A stretch of 64,000 bases of DNA from Bryobacterales bacterium (GTDB lineage Bacteria; Acidobacteriota; Terriglobia; Bryobacterales; Bryobacteraceae). The notes under the pieces were generated by a model. The model made no database searches. It was not told where the DNA came from and was given only the letters and a program-made list of their open reading frames with translations. Positions 37,751 to 47,610 of this stretch are shown piece by piece. Location: positions 11,083-75,082 of the forward strand of contig JADLCF010000223.1 in the NCBI GenBank assembly GCA_020847315.1. The letters are read 5' to 3'. Made by a program: the position numbers and the translations under genes. Position 1 is the first letter of the stretch. Each line of letters begins with the position of its first letter.

Positions 37751-39115
37751 CTACACAGGCACCGAGGGCAGCCCGGCGAGCGCCATCGCCAGTTCATTCT
37801 CGTCGTAGTGCAGATCAACCAGCTTCTCATCGAAATAATCAATATAGGCCTGCATGTCGAAGTGCCCATGGCCGCTGAGATTGAACAGAATCGTGCGGCT
37901 CACCCCTTCTTCCTTCGCCCGCAAGGCCTCCTCGATCGCGCCGCGGACGGCGTGGTTGGCCTCCGGCGCGGGGACAATGCCCTCCGTGCGCGCGAACTGC
38001 ACGCCCGCCGAAAAACACGCGAGTTGCTGGTAGGCAACAGCCTCGATCAATCCCAGATTCAGCAGGTGGCTCACCATGGGGGCCATCCCGTGGTAGCGCA
38101 AGCCGCCCGCGTGGAAACCAGGCGGCGTAAATGTGGAACCGAGCGTGTGCATCTTGGTGAGGGGCGTGAGGTGCGCCGTATCGCCGAAGTCGTAGGCATA
38201 CCTGCCGCGCGTCATGGTCGGGCAGGCGGCGGGCTCCACCGCTACGATGCGGGGCTTCGCGCCGCCGCGCAGACCGGCGCCAATGAAGGGGAAGGCAATT
38301 CCCGCGAAGTTCGAACCTCCGCCGGCGCATCCCACGATGACGTCCGGCGCATCGCCCGCGAGAGCCATCTGCTCCATCGCTTCGAGGCCGATCACGCTCT
38401 GGTGCAGCAGGACGTGATTGAGCACGGAACCCAAGGCATACTTCACCCCGGGGTCTTTCGCCGCCACTTCGACGGCTTCGGAAATCGCGATGCCGAGGCT
38501 GCCCGGATGGTCCTCGCGCTGGGCCAGGATCGCGCGGCCGGCGTCAGTCTGCGTAGAGGGCGAAGCCACGCAGGTGGCGCCGTAGGTCTCCATCAACGCG
38601 CGCCGGTAGGGCTTCTGGTTGTAGGAGACACGCACCATGAAAACTTGCACTTCGATGCCGAAGAGCGCCCCGGCAAAGGCGAGGGAAGAGCCCCACTGCC
38701 CCGCGCCGGTTTCGGTGGAAATGCGGCTGATGCCGGCTTCCTTGTTGTAGTAGGCCTGCGGCACCGCGGTATTGGGCTTGTGGCTCCCCGCCGGGCTCAC
38801 GCCTTCGTACTTGTAGTAAATCTTCGCGGGTGTATCGAGTGCTTTTTCGAGGCGCCGGGCGCGAAACAGGGGGGACGGGCGCCATTGGCGGTAGATGTCG
38901 CGAACGGGCTTCGGGATCTCGATTTCGCGCTCCGTGGAGACTTCCTGCTCAATCAACGCCATGGGGAACAGGGGTTCGAGATCGCCCGGCGTCACCGGGT
39001 TCTTCGTGCCGGGGTGCAGCACGGGTGGCAGCGGCGCGGGCAGATCGGCCGCCAGGTTGTACCAATGCTTGGGAATGCGGTCTTCGCTAAGAAGATATTT
39101 CACGGTGTCAGACAA
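37751..39115 (-). CDS. TrpB-like PLP-dependent enzyme (tryptophan synthase beta, TrpB2 type)
   Basis: '[13 protein letters not shown]', '[18 protein letters not shown]' (PLP Lys) and 'GGGSNFAGI'. I place the start at TTG 39115, with GGAG 7 nt upstream; the tracked ORF extends 60 codons further with no family similarity. Confidence 0.85.
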   Translation of the reverse strand: MSDTVKYLLSEDRIPKHWYNLAADLPAPLPPVLHPGTKNPVTPGDLEPLFPMALIEQEVSTEREIEIPKPVRDIYRQWRPSPLFRARRLEKALDTPAKIYYKYEGVSPAGSHKPNTAVPQAYYNKEAGISRISTETGAGQWGSSLAFAGALFGIEVQVFMVRVSYNQKPYRRALMETYGATCVASPSTQTDAGRAILAQREDHPGSLGIAISEAVEVAAKDPGVKYALGSVLNHVLLHQSVIGLEAMEQMALAGDAPDVIVGCAGGGSNFAGIAFPFIGAGLRGGAKPRIVAVEPAACPTMTRGRYAYDFGDTAHLTPLTKMHTLGSTFTPPGFHAGGLRYHGMAPMVSHLLNLGLIEAVAYQQLACFSAGVQFARTEGIVPAPEANHAVRGAIEEALRAKEEGVSRTILFNLSGHGHFDMQAYIDYFDEKLVDLHYDENELAMALAGLPSVPV

Positions 39116-39224
39116 AAGAGTGCTCCTTTCGCGGCTTCGTCGCGCAAAGACGCCAGTGTATCGAAAAGCCTTTGGACTCTGAAACTCGGCAGGCTCGCGG
39201 CCTTCCATTCCATGGCGCGGACGC

Positions 39225-41135
39225 CTACGGCAACTCCCGCACCTCGATGTTCCGGAAGCGATGCTTGCCACCCGGAATCCAGCGGTTACCGGCATGCACC
39301 TGCACCGCGATGTGGCCCTCCGTGGCGCCGCCCGGCAGGTGATTTTCCGTATCTTTCCAATCGGTGATCAGGATGCCGTTCATCCAAACCTGGATGCGCG
39401 GCGCATCGCCTTCGATGCGCGCCCGGAGGTGGTTCCACTCCCCGGTTTTCCAGTGTTCCCGCCAGTTCGGCAGCACGCCTTTGACGCCCTTGATCCCTTC
39501 GCCATAGACGCCGCCCACGGAACCGCCATCGAGGTAATCGAGCATCACCTGATAGGCTTCGCCCTTCTCCGTCGAGCGAAGGAACAGCCCGCCGTCGCAA
39601 CTGAAATCCGGCTGCACGTCGAGGGAAATCTCAAAGTTCCGGTACTTCTTATCCGTCAGCAGAATGCCGCCATTGCCGGGGCGATCCTGCGTGCCCGTGA
39701 GCACGCCGCTCTCCACCTTCCAGCCCTGCGTTTGGCCGTGGTGGCTGGTCTTGCTGATATGCCAGCCGCTGAGGTCCGTACCGTTGAAGATCGGGCTAAA
39801 GCCGCTCTCGCCTGGCTTCAGTTCGAAGCGGTGGGTAACCGGCTGCGCCGCAGCATGCTGCTTCTGGCGGAGATCTACCGTCACCCGGTCCAGCGCCGCG
39901 ATTGCTTCCGGCGTTGAGGGGAGAGCCTCGTCTTCGAGGGGCACTTCCACATTCCGCCAGCGGGTGTTGTGGAGATTGGCGCGCGACAGGGTGAGTTGAT
40001 GCACGCGCATCGCCTGCGCCCACATGGGCGTTTCAAGCCGGGCCAGATTCACCCCGGCGGCAAGTTCCTTAGCGGTAAACGTGCCGACGGCTTCGCCATC
40101 GATGAAGAGCGTGTGCCGGCCGGCGCCGAGCCCGCTCACCTGCAACATCTGCCGGTTCAGCGTCTCCTGAAAACCGGCACTATTCACGGCAAGCGCCATC
40201 ACGGGGTCCGTCATATCGACGGGCATCGGCAGGGCGCGATCCAATTGCGTCCAGGCCACGCCTCCGGTGAAGGAGGCATCGCTCACCGCCGTGTTCTCCG
40301 CCTTCGCAATCCGCCCCTTCGCGGCATCGATCTCCACCGCGCTCACGAGCCCCGGCGCGCCCCATGCCTTCAGCAATTGCTGCGCCATCACCAAGTGCCC
40401 GGAAGCGCGTGGATGCACCCGATCGGGAAGAATTTTCTCAGCGAGTTTCGGGTTCGCGGCCTTCGCCGCCGCCAGCATGGCCACCATCGGCCTATTCAGA
40501 TCGGCGGTTTGCAAACCCTCGGATGCGGCGAGTTGGGCGATAAAGTCCGAATACCGCAGAAGAACCGCGTTATAGCCGCCCTTGAAGGTGGGGGCGCGCG
40601 TTACGTCGTCATACGGGGAGGGCTGGATGGCGGTGATTCGAACCCCAGGAAGCTCCTTCTTCAAGGTATCCACGATGTTCCGGTAGCCGCGGGAGTAAAT
40701 CTCGAAAATCTGCTGGTCAAATGCCCGGTAGCGGCCGTCGTTCATCCCGAGCATCACCGTTACCACGGTTGGCTTGTAGGCAACGACATCGCGCGAGAGG
40801 CGCTGGCCAATGCCACCTCCGCCGCCCCCCGTCACGCGGTCTCCACCCCAACCCGAATGCGTGAAGGTTACATCCTTCGTGGGGAATCGCGTCACCACGA
40901 AGGTTTCGACAAAGGTGGTGTAGAGCCGCTGATCCGTGATGCTGTCTCCGAAGAACACCACACGGTCCCCGTCTTTCAGCGAGAAGTCATCCGCTGCCGC
41001 AGCCCCGCCGCCACCCGACTGGCCCGCCCCGAGCGCCACCAAGGTGGAGCCCGCCACGAGCGCTGCCGCCGCAAGGGCCCTCCACAGCAAACCGCCGAAT
41101 GCGCGCCGCGACCAACCGTTCCCAATCCCTTTCAT
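39225..41135 (-). CDS. SGNH/GDSL hydrolase fused to DUF1080 (3-keto-disaccharide hydrolase-like) domain, exported
   Basis: '[11 protein letters not shown]' (GDS block) and 'MLGMNDG' in the N-terminal part. '[10 protein letters not shown]', '[11 protein letters not shown]' and '[20 protein letters not shown]' in the C-terminal part are DUF1080-like. ATG 41135 has GGAGGA 5 nt upstream. Confidence 0.7.
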   Translation of the reverse strand: MKGIGNGWSRRAFGGLLWRALAAAALVAGSTLVALGAGQSGGGGAAAADDFSLKDGDRVVFFGDSITDQRLYTTFVETFVVTRFPTKDVTFTHSGWGGDRVTGGGGGGIGQRLSRDVVAYKPTVVTVMLGMNDGRYRAFDQQIFEIYSRGYRNIVDTLKKELPGVRITAIQPSPYDDVTRAPTFKGGYNAVLLRYSDFIAQLAASEGLQTADLNRPMVAMLAAAKAANPKLAEKILPDRVHPRASGHLVMAQQLLKAWGAPGLVSAVEIDAAKGRIAKAENTAVSDASFTGGVAWTQLDRALPMPVDMTDPVMALAVNSAGFQETLNRQMLQVSGLGAGRHTLFIDGEAVGTFTAKELAAGVNLARLETPMWAQAMRVHQLTLSRANLHNTRWRNVEVPLEDEALPSTPEAIAALDRVTVDLRQKQHAAAQPVTHRFELKPGESGFSPIFNGTDLSGWHISKTSHHGQTQGWKVESGVLTGTQDRPGNGGILLTDKKYRNFEISLDVQPDFSCDGGLFLRSTEKGEAYQVMLDYLDGGSVGGVYGEGIKGVKGVLPNWREHWKTGEWNHLRARIEGDAPRIQVWMNGILITDWKDTENHLPGGATEGHIAVQVHAGNRWIPGGKHRFRNIEVRELP

Positions 41136-41321
41136 CCAGATCCTCCGCCCTGCCATGCTATCGCAGTTGCGTGTTTGGGTTTGCGGTATTTCGTTGTTCC
41201 CGGTTCCGCTTTGCCGCTCCGGTCCTCGATCTCGCCCTTTGCATTCCGCATGAACCAAGCCCGGTTTCCGCTGATTTCCGCTTCTCTAGGTAAGGAATCT
41301 GACGGGACGGAGGGAAGCAAC

Positions 41322-42242
41322 ATGCCGGTGGGAAATCTGGAGTTGCTCATCACCGATCTGCGAACGCGACCCATCGGGGATCCCGTGCTCATCGAGCTTC
41401 GGCGGGACAAGGGATCGGCCGGCGCGGGCGGCGGAGACTTCGATTACACGGCGGAACCCGGCGGGGCGCCGGCGATCCTGCTGAGCGGCATCCCGACGCG
41501 CGGCGGCGCCGGCTCGCTCTACCGCATCCGGATCCCGGTCCGCGGCTACCTTCCCTTCTCCTTCCTGCAATTCATCACGGAGGGGGATCAGCGAGGGATC
41601 CAGCGCGTGTATCTGGTGCGAGATCCGAAACGGGTGGCTTCGATCGATGCCCCACAGTTCAGCAATCTTCCCGAAGCGCTCCGGAATTGGCTTGGCGAAG
41701 CGCGCATGATCGCAATCGCAAAGGAAGACGAGGACCTCGTGGGGAAAAATGGCGAAGCTCTTTACGCTGCACTGGGCAACGAACGTAAAGCCGCCATGCT
41801 GAACATTTTCGCCAAGGCCGGGCACAAGGGAACCACCGGGCGGATTTGGAGCTTTTTCGAGCGGCTGCTGGTGATTCGCCGGGACCGCTGCTTTGTGGAG
41901 ATGAAAGCCGGAATCGAAGAATACGTGAGCGAAGATAGCCGCTTTGTCTCCGCCCCAGCCGCGCTGCACAAGCCGATGCCGGGCTACCGCCTGTCAAACA
42001 GCGTGAAAAGCGACGACCAGCACGCGAACATCCAACTCACCTTCCAGCACAACGCCGCCGGCGCGATCGCGGCGGACGTGGATATCGACGAGCATTCCGG
42101 GTTCGCTCATTGGGGGGAAGTGTTGCGAAATCACTTCACGAGGCAGCGCACGAATCCCTATGCCGTCCACGAACTGCTGCTCGCGGCCGATCTCGACGAG
42201 CATACACTCGATCCAGGGTATGAACTCGTCATGAAGGCATGA
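41322..42242 (+). CDS. hypothetical protein (306 aa), no family recognised
   Basis: GGAGGGAAG lies upstream of ATG 41322. The tracked ORF 39969..42242 is antisense to the SGNH gene for its first 1.3 kb. Third-codon positions look GC-rich over 41322-42242. Confidence 0.55.
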   Translation: MPVGNLELLITDLRTRPIGDPVLIELRRDKGSAGAGGGDFDYTAEPGGAPAILLSGIPTRGGAGSLYRIRIPVRGYLPFSFLQFITEGDQRGIQRVYLVRDPKRVASIDAPQFSNLPEALRNWLGEARMIAIAKEDEDLVGKNGEALYAALGNERKAAMLNIFAKAGHKGTTGRIWSFFERLLVIRRDRCFVEMKAGIEEYVSEDSRFVSAPAALHKPMPGYRLSNSVKSDDQHANIQLTFQHNAAGAIAADVDIDEHSGFAHWGEVLRNHFTRQRTNPYAVHELLLAADLDEHTLDPGYELVMKA

Positions 42243-42265
42243 GCCACGGGCGCGGCGGCGCTGCC

Positions 42266-43225
42266 CTAGATGCGCTTTGCCTCCACATCCGCTACGAAGC
42301 GCAGCAGCCCTTCCATGTAGATCCTTTCGTCGTCCCACATGGCAAGGTGGCTGCCATTTGGACAGTAATGATAGCGGCCGCGAGGAAACTCGCCGGCCAT
42401 CCATTGCAGGTGAGCCGGATCCATGGTGTCGTATTGCGCGCCGATCACGAGGGTGGGCACGGCGATCTCATGGATCTCCTTCGCGCGATCCCAGTGGAGC
42501 AACTTGCCGCTCGCGCCAAGTTCGCTCGGCCCCTGCATGGGCACATAGACGGCGGCATTCATGTGGGCAAAGGCGCGGAAGATGGCATCCGGCCATTCCG
42601 CTTGCGGCATCCGCAGCAAGTGCTTCTCATAGTGGTGGGGCGTCAGCAATTCCATATAGCGGGGGTCTTCGTGCTTGCCCTCCGCTTCCAGGCGCTTCAC
42701 TTCCCGAAGCACGTCCTGGTCCATCTGCGGCATCAGCACCCGTTCCGCATACTCGTTGTACGCCGGAATGCCGGCCATCATGTTCGAAATGATGAGCGCC
42801 TTCAGATGGCGCTGATACTTGAGGGCGTATTCGATGGCCAGAATACCACCCCAGGATTGCCCGTATAAGTAGAAATTTTCCTCTCCCAGGCCGAGCGCCT
42901 GCCGCACCTGCTCCACTTCCTCGACAAAGCGGGGAATCTCCCAGAGATCCGGCTGGTTGGGTTGGTCGCTGTGGTAGCTTCCGAGTTGATCGTAATAGTA
43001 AAACTCAAGGCCCGCGCCGAGAAGAGGTTTCTCCAGCACTTCGAGGTACTCATGCGTGCTGCCCGGGCCGCCGTGCAGCAGAAGAATCTTGACGGTGGGG
43101 TTCTCGCCGAACTTGCGGGTCCATACCCGGAACTCGCCGTGGGGCGTGGAAATGGGGATCATCTTTACGCCGGAGGGCAGCGCCGCAGAGGGCGGGAAGA
43201 GAGGGGCGGAATTCGATTCGGCCAT
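42266..43225 (-). CDS. proline iminopeptidase-family alpha/beta hydrolase
   Basis: 'ILLLHGGPGSTHEY', 'YLYGQSWGG' (G-x-S-x-G) and 'CPNGSHLAMWDD'. Start at ATG 43225. Confidence 0.8.
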   Translation of the reverse strand: MAESNSAPLFPPSAALPSGVKMIPISTPHGEFRVWTRKFGENPTVKILLLHGGPGSTHEYLEVLEKPLLGAGLEFYYYDQLGSYHSDQPNQPDLWEIPRFVEEVEQVRQALGLGEENFYLYGQSWGGILAIEYALKYQRHLKALIISNMMAGIPAYNEYAERVLMPQMDQDVLREVKRLEAEGKHEDPRYMELLTPHHYEKHLLRMPQAEWPDAIFRAFAHMNAAVYVPMQGPSELGASGKLLHWDRAKEIHEIAVPTLVIGAQYDTMDPAHLQWMAGEFPRGRYHYCPNGSHLAMWDDERIYMEGLLRFVADVEAKRI

Positions 43226-43413
43226 GGCTAATTCTAGCAGCCGGCGGACGAATGGAATGAGTTTTTGGGGGGCGCCCGGGGGGTCAAAAAGCCAGCGAGC
43301 CCCACCTGCCGCAGCGCACACGTTGCGTGGCCCGTGGCGAATGCCACGCACGGGGGAGCGGTGGAGCTACGATGTGGGGCGCCGCAGCGCCCCACTGTCG
43401 CAAAGCGGAATCG

Positions 43414-43737
43414 TTACGCGCTGAACGAACTGCCGCAGCCGCACGTGGATTTCACACTGGGGTTCTCGAACTTGAAGCCGGAACCTTCCATGGTTTCCAC
43501 GTAATCGACCTGCACGTTATCGAGATAGAGAAGGCTTGCCTGGTCAACGAAGACCTTCAAACCGTCAAACTCGTAAATCTTGTCGAGCATGCTCTGCGAG
43601 TTCTCAAACGCCATCGAATAGGAGAAGCCGGAGCACCCGCCGCCCACGACAGAAATCCGCAGCCCGGCAGGCTTGGGTTCCTGGGTGTCGAGAATCGTTC
43701 TCACTTTGTCGATTGCATTTTCAGTCAACTGGATCAT
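43414..43737 (-). CDS. erpA: iron-sulfur cluster insertion protein (ErpA/IscA/HesB family)
   Basis: 107 aa. 'GGGCSGFSY' and the C-terminal 'CGCGSSF' motifs. AGGAG lies 9 nt upstream of the ATG. Confidence 0.9.
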   Translation of the reverse strand: MIQLTENAIDKVRTILDTQEPKPAGLRISVVGGGCSGFSYSMAFENSQSMLDKIYEFDGLKVFVDQASLLYLDNVQVDYVETMEGSGFKFENPSVKSTCGCGSSFSA

Positions 43738-44040
43738 GAACCTATACTCCTACGGACAGTATCCACCCGTCTTTTCAGTGTAGCGAAGTGCGCGGCTATC
43801 GCCAAGCGCCTCGCCCGGCCGGGGCCGGTGGAACCCAACCTGGAATCTGGGATGAGCCGCAATTTCAGGAAGTTCCGAAAATCTGCTATCCTCGCTGCCA
43901 GCGGGAATCGTCCGCGCCGATCCGGCGTGGATGGCATCTTATAGATAACCGCAACGCGTGGGCTCATGCGCGCACCTTGCCCGGCGGCTTTTCCGGAAAC
44001 GGACGAGGCCGGCAACGGAATGTAACCGGGAAACGGGTAG

Positions 44041-44721
44041 ATGCGTCGAACGGCCATGAGCACGATGACCGGAGCAATCACCGTTCCATCCCACGCGGCG
44101 GCGACGAAATCGAAAGCGCGCGTGGACTATCCGAAGACCGAAGAAGCCGCATTGGTTCGCCGGGCTCAATCCGGTGACGAATTGGCTTTTCAGAGCATCG
44201 TGGAACGCTACCAGGCGAAGGTATTCTCGATCATCTACGGGATTCTCCGGAATCACAACGATGCCGAGGATATCGCCCAACAGGTGTTCTCCAAGGTCTA
44301 TTTCTCCCTGAAGAACTTCGACTTCCGCAGTTCCCTGCTCACCTGGGTCTACAAGATCACGGTGAACGAGTGCTATGACTACCTGCGCAAGAAGAAGGTG
44401 CGCAAGTTGGTGTATGAGAGCGATTTTTCCGAAGACGATGCCATGCGGATGGAGAATACCGACATCGCCAAGGACAAGGGCACTCCGGTGGATACGACGC
44501 TCGCACGCCGGGATTATCTCTCGAAGCTCCTCACCAAGCTCACGGAGGAAGAGCGCACGCTGCTGCTGATGAAGGAAGTGGAAGGCCATTCCGTGGAGGA
44601 ATTGGCGGACATGACCGGGATCAACGAGAATACGATTAAAGTCAAGCTTTTCCGCGCGCGCCAGAAACTGGTGAAGGTCGCCGAGCGCATGGGAGTGGTT
44701 CCGTCGTTCGTGAGGAGCTAG
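44041..44721 (+). CDS. ECF (sigma-70 family group 4) RNA polymerase sigma factor
   Basis: Region 2 'AFQSIVERYQAKVFSIIYGILRNHNDAEDIAQQVF' and 'TWVYKITVNECYDYLRK'. Region 4 'EERTLLLMKEVEGHSVEELADMTGINENTIKVKLFRARQKL'. The start could be a downstream ATG (44056 or 44065). Confidence 0.9.
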   Translation: MRRTAMSTMTGAITVPSHAAATKSKARVDYPKTEEAALVRRAQSGDELAFQSIVERYQAKVFSIIYGILRNHNDAEDIAQQVFSKVYFSLKNFDFRSSLLTWVYKITVNECYDYLRKKKVRKLVYESDFSEDDAMRMENTDIAKDKGTPVDTTLARRDYLSKLLTKLTEEERTLLLMKEVEGHSVEELADMTGINENTIKVKLFRARQKLVKVAERMGVVPSFVRS

Positions 44722-44828
44722 CCGGATGATTACGGCCCGATATGAGATTGTTGCCGGGCCTTCCGCGCGTGAGGGCCGTGAGCGATCCGGCTTGGGCGTT
44801 CGAATGAGTACTTGTGAGGTCGGGAGTC

Positions 44829-45293
44829 ATGGGTCGCAATCGAATGGATGAAGAGACATTCCTCGCCGGGTTGCCTTTGGAAGATCGGAGAACGGCAATC
44901 GAGGGGATAGAGGCCGGCATGAATCAGAAAGAAGTGCGATTGATGTGCGAGCAGGCGCGTTTTCTTCGCGATATGCGATGCCCGGACGACGTGTGCCTGC
45001 GTCCCGGCTTCGCACTGCGGGTGATGGCCCGCATTGAATCGGAGAAGCCGGCGAGCGTCTGGGACCTTTTCGTATCGCCCGCCCTCTCGAAGAAACTCGC
45101 TTTTGCTTCTCTGGCGTTAATGGCCATGCTGGCCGGCTTCGTGGTGGCGAGATCCGCCGAGCAGACAATGATGACCGTGGAAACGCAGCGGGTGCTCATG
45201 GAACCGGAACACCCCGGCAATCTGGGGACGGACCCCGCGCGAGACCGCCAGAATATGCTTGTGACGTTGGCCAACTATCAGGGAGTTGAGTAG
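44829..45293 (+). CDS. putative anti-sigma factor (single-pass membrane protein)
   Basis: Assigned by its position directly after the ECF sigma gene and its central TM 'LAFASLALMAMLAGFVVA'. No zf-HC2 motif was seen, so the call rests on context. Confidence 0.45.
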   Translation: MGRNRMDEETFLAGLPLEDRRTAIEGIEAGMNQKEVRLMCEQARFLRDMRCPDDVCLRPGFALRVMARIESEKPASVWDLFVSPALSKKLAFASLALMAMLAGFVVARSAEQTMMTVETQRVLMEPEHPGNLGTDPARDRQNMLVTLANYQGVE

Positions 45294-45667
45294 TGTCGGG
45301 CAATCACTATTCCTGGAGCAATCCGCGCGTCTTGCTCACGTTTTCATTGATCTTCCTCTGTGGCGCTCTCGTGGGCGCGATCGCTATCACATTCACGCAA
45401 TCGCCGAGCTTCGTGGCATCCTCACCTCAGGAACTCAGCCGTGAAATGACACTCTCCCGGCTAACCACCGAATTGGATCTGACCGCGGAGCAACAGGAAC
45501 GCCTGCGCGTGGTGCTCGACGACTATTTCCAGTATTATCACGCGCTGCAGGATCAGCTCGATGAGGTGAAGGCTTCCGGACGCGAGAAGATCACGCAACT
45601 TCTTACTGATAAGCAGAAATCGAAGTTCGAGAAGATGCTCAAGCAGGCGCTCGCGGACCGCCCCTAG
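45293..45667 (+). CDS. periplasmic LTXXQ-motif (Spy/CpxP-like) protein
   Basis: GTG start overlaps the preceding TAG by 1 nt (taGTG). TM/signal 'VLLTFSLIFLCGALVGAIAI', then 'LDLTAEQQERLRVVLDDY' and 'LLTDKQKSKFEKML' (LTXXQ-like repeats). Confidence 0.55.
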   Translation: MSGNHYSWSNPRVLLTFSLIFLCGALVGAIAITFTQSPSFVASSPQELSREMTLSRLTTELDLTAEQQERLRVVLDDYFQYYHALQDQLDEVKASGREKITQLLTDKQKSKFEKMLKQALADRP

Positions 45668-45779
45668 CACCCGGCCCCTTTCCTTCCCCGCGTTCCATCC
45701 GTTACTGCCCTGCCCGCGCCGTCTTCTCGCCCCCCTCACAAAAAGAAGTCCAAACGCCGCCCGGTGGATCCAATAGCGT

Positions 45780-46271
45780 ATGGCTAACACCGAAACCAAC
45801 CCCAAAGAACTCGCCGTGGGCGGGAAGGCCCCTGAAATCAAGCTCGAAACGGACGACGGAGGCACGTTCAAGCTCTCTTCCCTGAAGGGCAAGAAGGTCG
45901 TCCTCTACTTCTACCCCAAAGCCGATACACCCGGCTGCACTACCGAATCCTGCCAGTTTCGCGATACCAAGAGCGCATTCGAGAAGCTCGGTGTTGCGGT
46001 GATTGGGATCTCCCCGGATGAGCCGAGCGCGCAGGCGAAGTTCAAGAGCAAGTTCGACCTCACCTTCCCCCTTCTCGCCGATACGGAGAAGTCCGCCGCC
46101 AACGCCTACGGGGTGTGGGTGGAGAAGAACATGTACGGCAAGACGAGCATGGGAATTGAGCGTTCGACCTTCGTTATCGGCGAAGATGGCAAGATCCTCA
46201 AGATCTACCGCAAAGTGAAGGCGGACGGCCACGCGGAGCAGGTGCTGGCGGACATCCAGGCGATGGCGTAA
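45780..46271 (+). CDS. bcp: thioredoxin-dependent thiol peroxidase (Bcp/PrxQ)
   Basis: 'VVLYFYPKADTPGCTTESCQF', with peroxidatic and resolving Cys 5 residues apart. Confidence 0.9.
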   Translation: MANTETNPKELAVGGKAPEIKLETDDGGTFKLSSLKGKKVVLYFYPKADTPGCTTESCQFRDTKSAFEKLGVAVIGISPDEPSAQAKFKSKFDLTFPLLADTEKSAANAYGVWVEKNMYGKTSMGIERSTFVIGEDGKILKIYRKVKADGHAEQVLADIQAMA

Positions 46272-46363
46272 CGCTGCGGCCGGTTCAAAGTGAGCGGTGC
46301 GCTTGTATCCCGCACGCACCGCCCGCGCCGCTCACCGAAGATCCACAGGTTCGCTCGCGGCTC

Positions 46364-47377
46364 TCATCCATTGTGATGTGCTTGCGCGCGTGCGATCTGG
46401 AGCGCTTCGAGCAGCATTTGATGGGTGTAACCCCATTCGTTGTCGTACCAGCTCATCACCTTCACCAGATCGCCATCCACCACCTGTGTCATCGCCAGAT
46501 CCACCGTGGACGCCTCCGTGCGCCCGATGATGTCGGAGGAGACGATGGGGTCTTCGGTGGCATCGAGAATGCCGCGGTAGCGCTCCGATTTCGATTCTTC
46601 CCGGAAAATCGCGTTCACTTCGCTGACGCTGGTGGCGCGGCTTGTGAGGAGAACGATATCCGCGATGGAGCCGACGGGCACGGGCGCTCTCACGGCCGCG
46701 CCATCGAACTTCCCCTTGAGTTCCGGTAGCGCCTGCGTGGCGGCGATCGCCGCCCCCGTCGAGGTGGGAACGAGATTCGCCGCCGCCGCGCGGCCCCGCC
46801 GGAACTGCTTGTTCGGTCCATCCACGATTCCCTGGCTCGATGTATAGGCGTGGATCGTGGTCATGACCGCCTTCCTCACGCCAATTCTCCGGTTCATCAC
46901 TTCCATCACGGGCGCAATGCAGTTCGTAGTGCAACTGGCGCAGGAAATGACGCGCTTCCCGTCCCCGGTGGCGGTATTCACCCCGTGGACCACGGTGCCG
47001 ATGTCATCGCCTTTCGCAGGAGCGGAAAGGATCACGGTGTGCGCGCCCGCGACCAGGTGCTTCACGAGGTCTTCCCGTTTCCGGAAGGCCCCAGTGCATT
47101 CGAAGACCACGCCGACGCCGAGCTTCTTCCATGGCAGCAGCGAGGGGTCCTTCTCATGGAACAAGGGAACCATGCGCCCGTCCACGCGCAACCCATCTGC
47201 GTCCGCTTCCACCTTTCGCTTGTATCTCCCGTAGACGGTATCGTAGTTCAGCAGGTAGGCAAGGTTCGCTGCGGGGATCAGGTCGTTCACACCTACAAGA
47301 TTCAACTCGCTTTCATCCAGGATCTGTTTCATGGCGGCCCGGCCGATTCGGCCGAGTCCATTGATGGCTACATTCAT
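46364..47377 (-). CDS. gap: glyceraldehyde-3-phosphate dehydrogenase, type I
   Basis: 'NVAINGLGRIGR', 'SCASCTTNCIAP' (catalytic Cys) and 'WYDNEWGY'. GAGGAG lies 9 nt upstream of ATG 47377. Confidence 0.95.
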   Translation of the reverse strand: MNVAINGLGRIGRAAMKQILDESELNLVGVNDLIPAANLAYLLNYDTVYGRYKRKVEADADGLRVDGRMVPLFHEKDPSLLPWKKLGVGVVFECTGAFRKREDLVKHLVAGAHTVILSAPAKGDDIGTVVHGVNTATGDGKRVISCASCTTNCIAPVMEVMNRRIGVRKAVMTTIHAYTSSQGIVDGPNKQFRRGRAAAANLVPTSTGAAIAATQALPELKGKFDGAAVRAPVPVGSIADIVLLTSRATSVSEVNAIFREESKSERYRGILDATEDPIVSSDIIGRTEASTVDLAMTQVVDGDLVKVMSWYDNEWGYTHQMLLEALQIARAQAHHNG

Positions 47378-47610
47378 TTCCGGTGTCTCCTCGCACCGGT
47401 CAGCCATCCACCTCGTCACTGCAGTTTCAGGATTCGCGCGGTTCCGAGGATCTCAGCGCTGACCCGTGCACTCGTGGGAGCGGATGCGCTTCCGCTTCGT
47501 TTCGCGCGCCAGAGATGCCCGAAAGAACGCCGGAAACGGCGGCTTCGCGCTAAGATCAGGAGTTGCGGACATCGCCGCAAGCCAAGGAAATATCTACAGT
47601 GCCGGAACCA

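Noticed and set aside
37808-39367. 519-aa plus-strand ORF
   Set aside because: It is antisense to the TrpB2 gene, whose own frame carries unmistakable family motifs.
39969-41321. 5' 1.35 kb of the tracked 757-aa ORF 39969..42242
   Set aside because: This part is antisense to the SGNH-DUF1080 gene and is R/H/G-rich. Only the portion from ATG 41322, which has an RBS, looks like a real gene.
44020-44047. ECF-type promoter-like 'AAC-N17-CGTC' string
   Set aside because: It overlaps the first candidate ATG of the sigma gene itself and is a single weak match, so it is not enough to call a promoter.
47378-47610. Search for ARG boxes (ArgR operators) in the gap/argH divergent region
   Set aside because: I could not see any TNTGAAT-N4-ATTCANA-like palindrome by eye.
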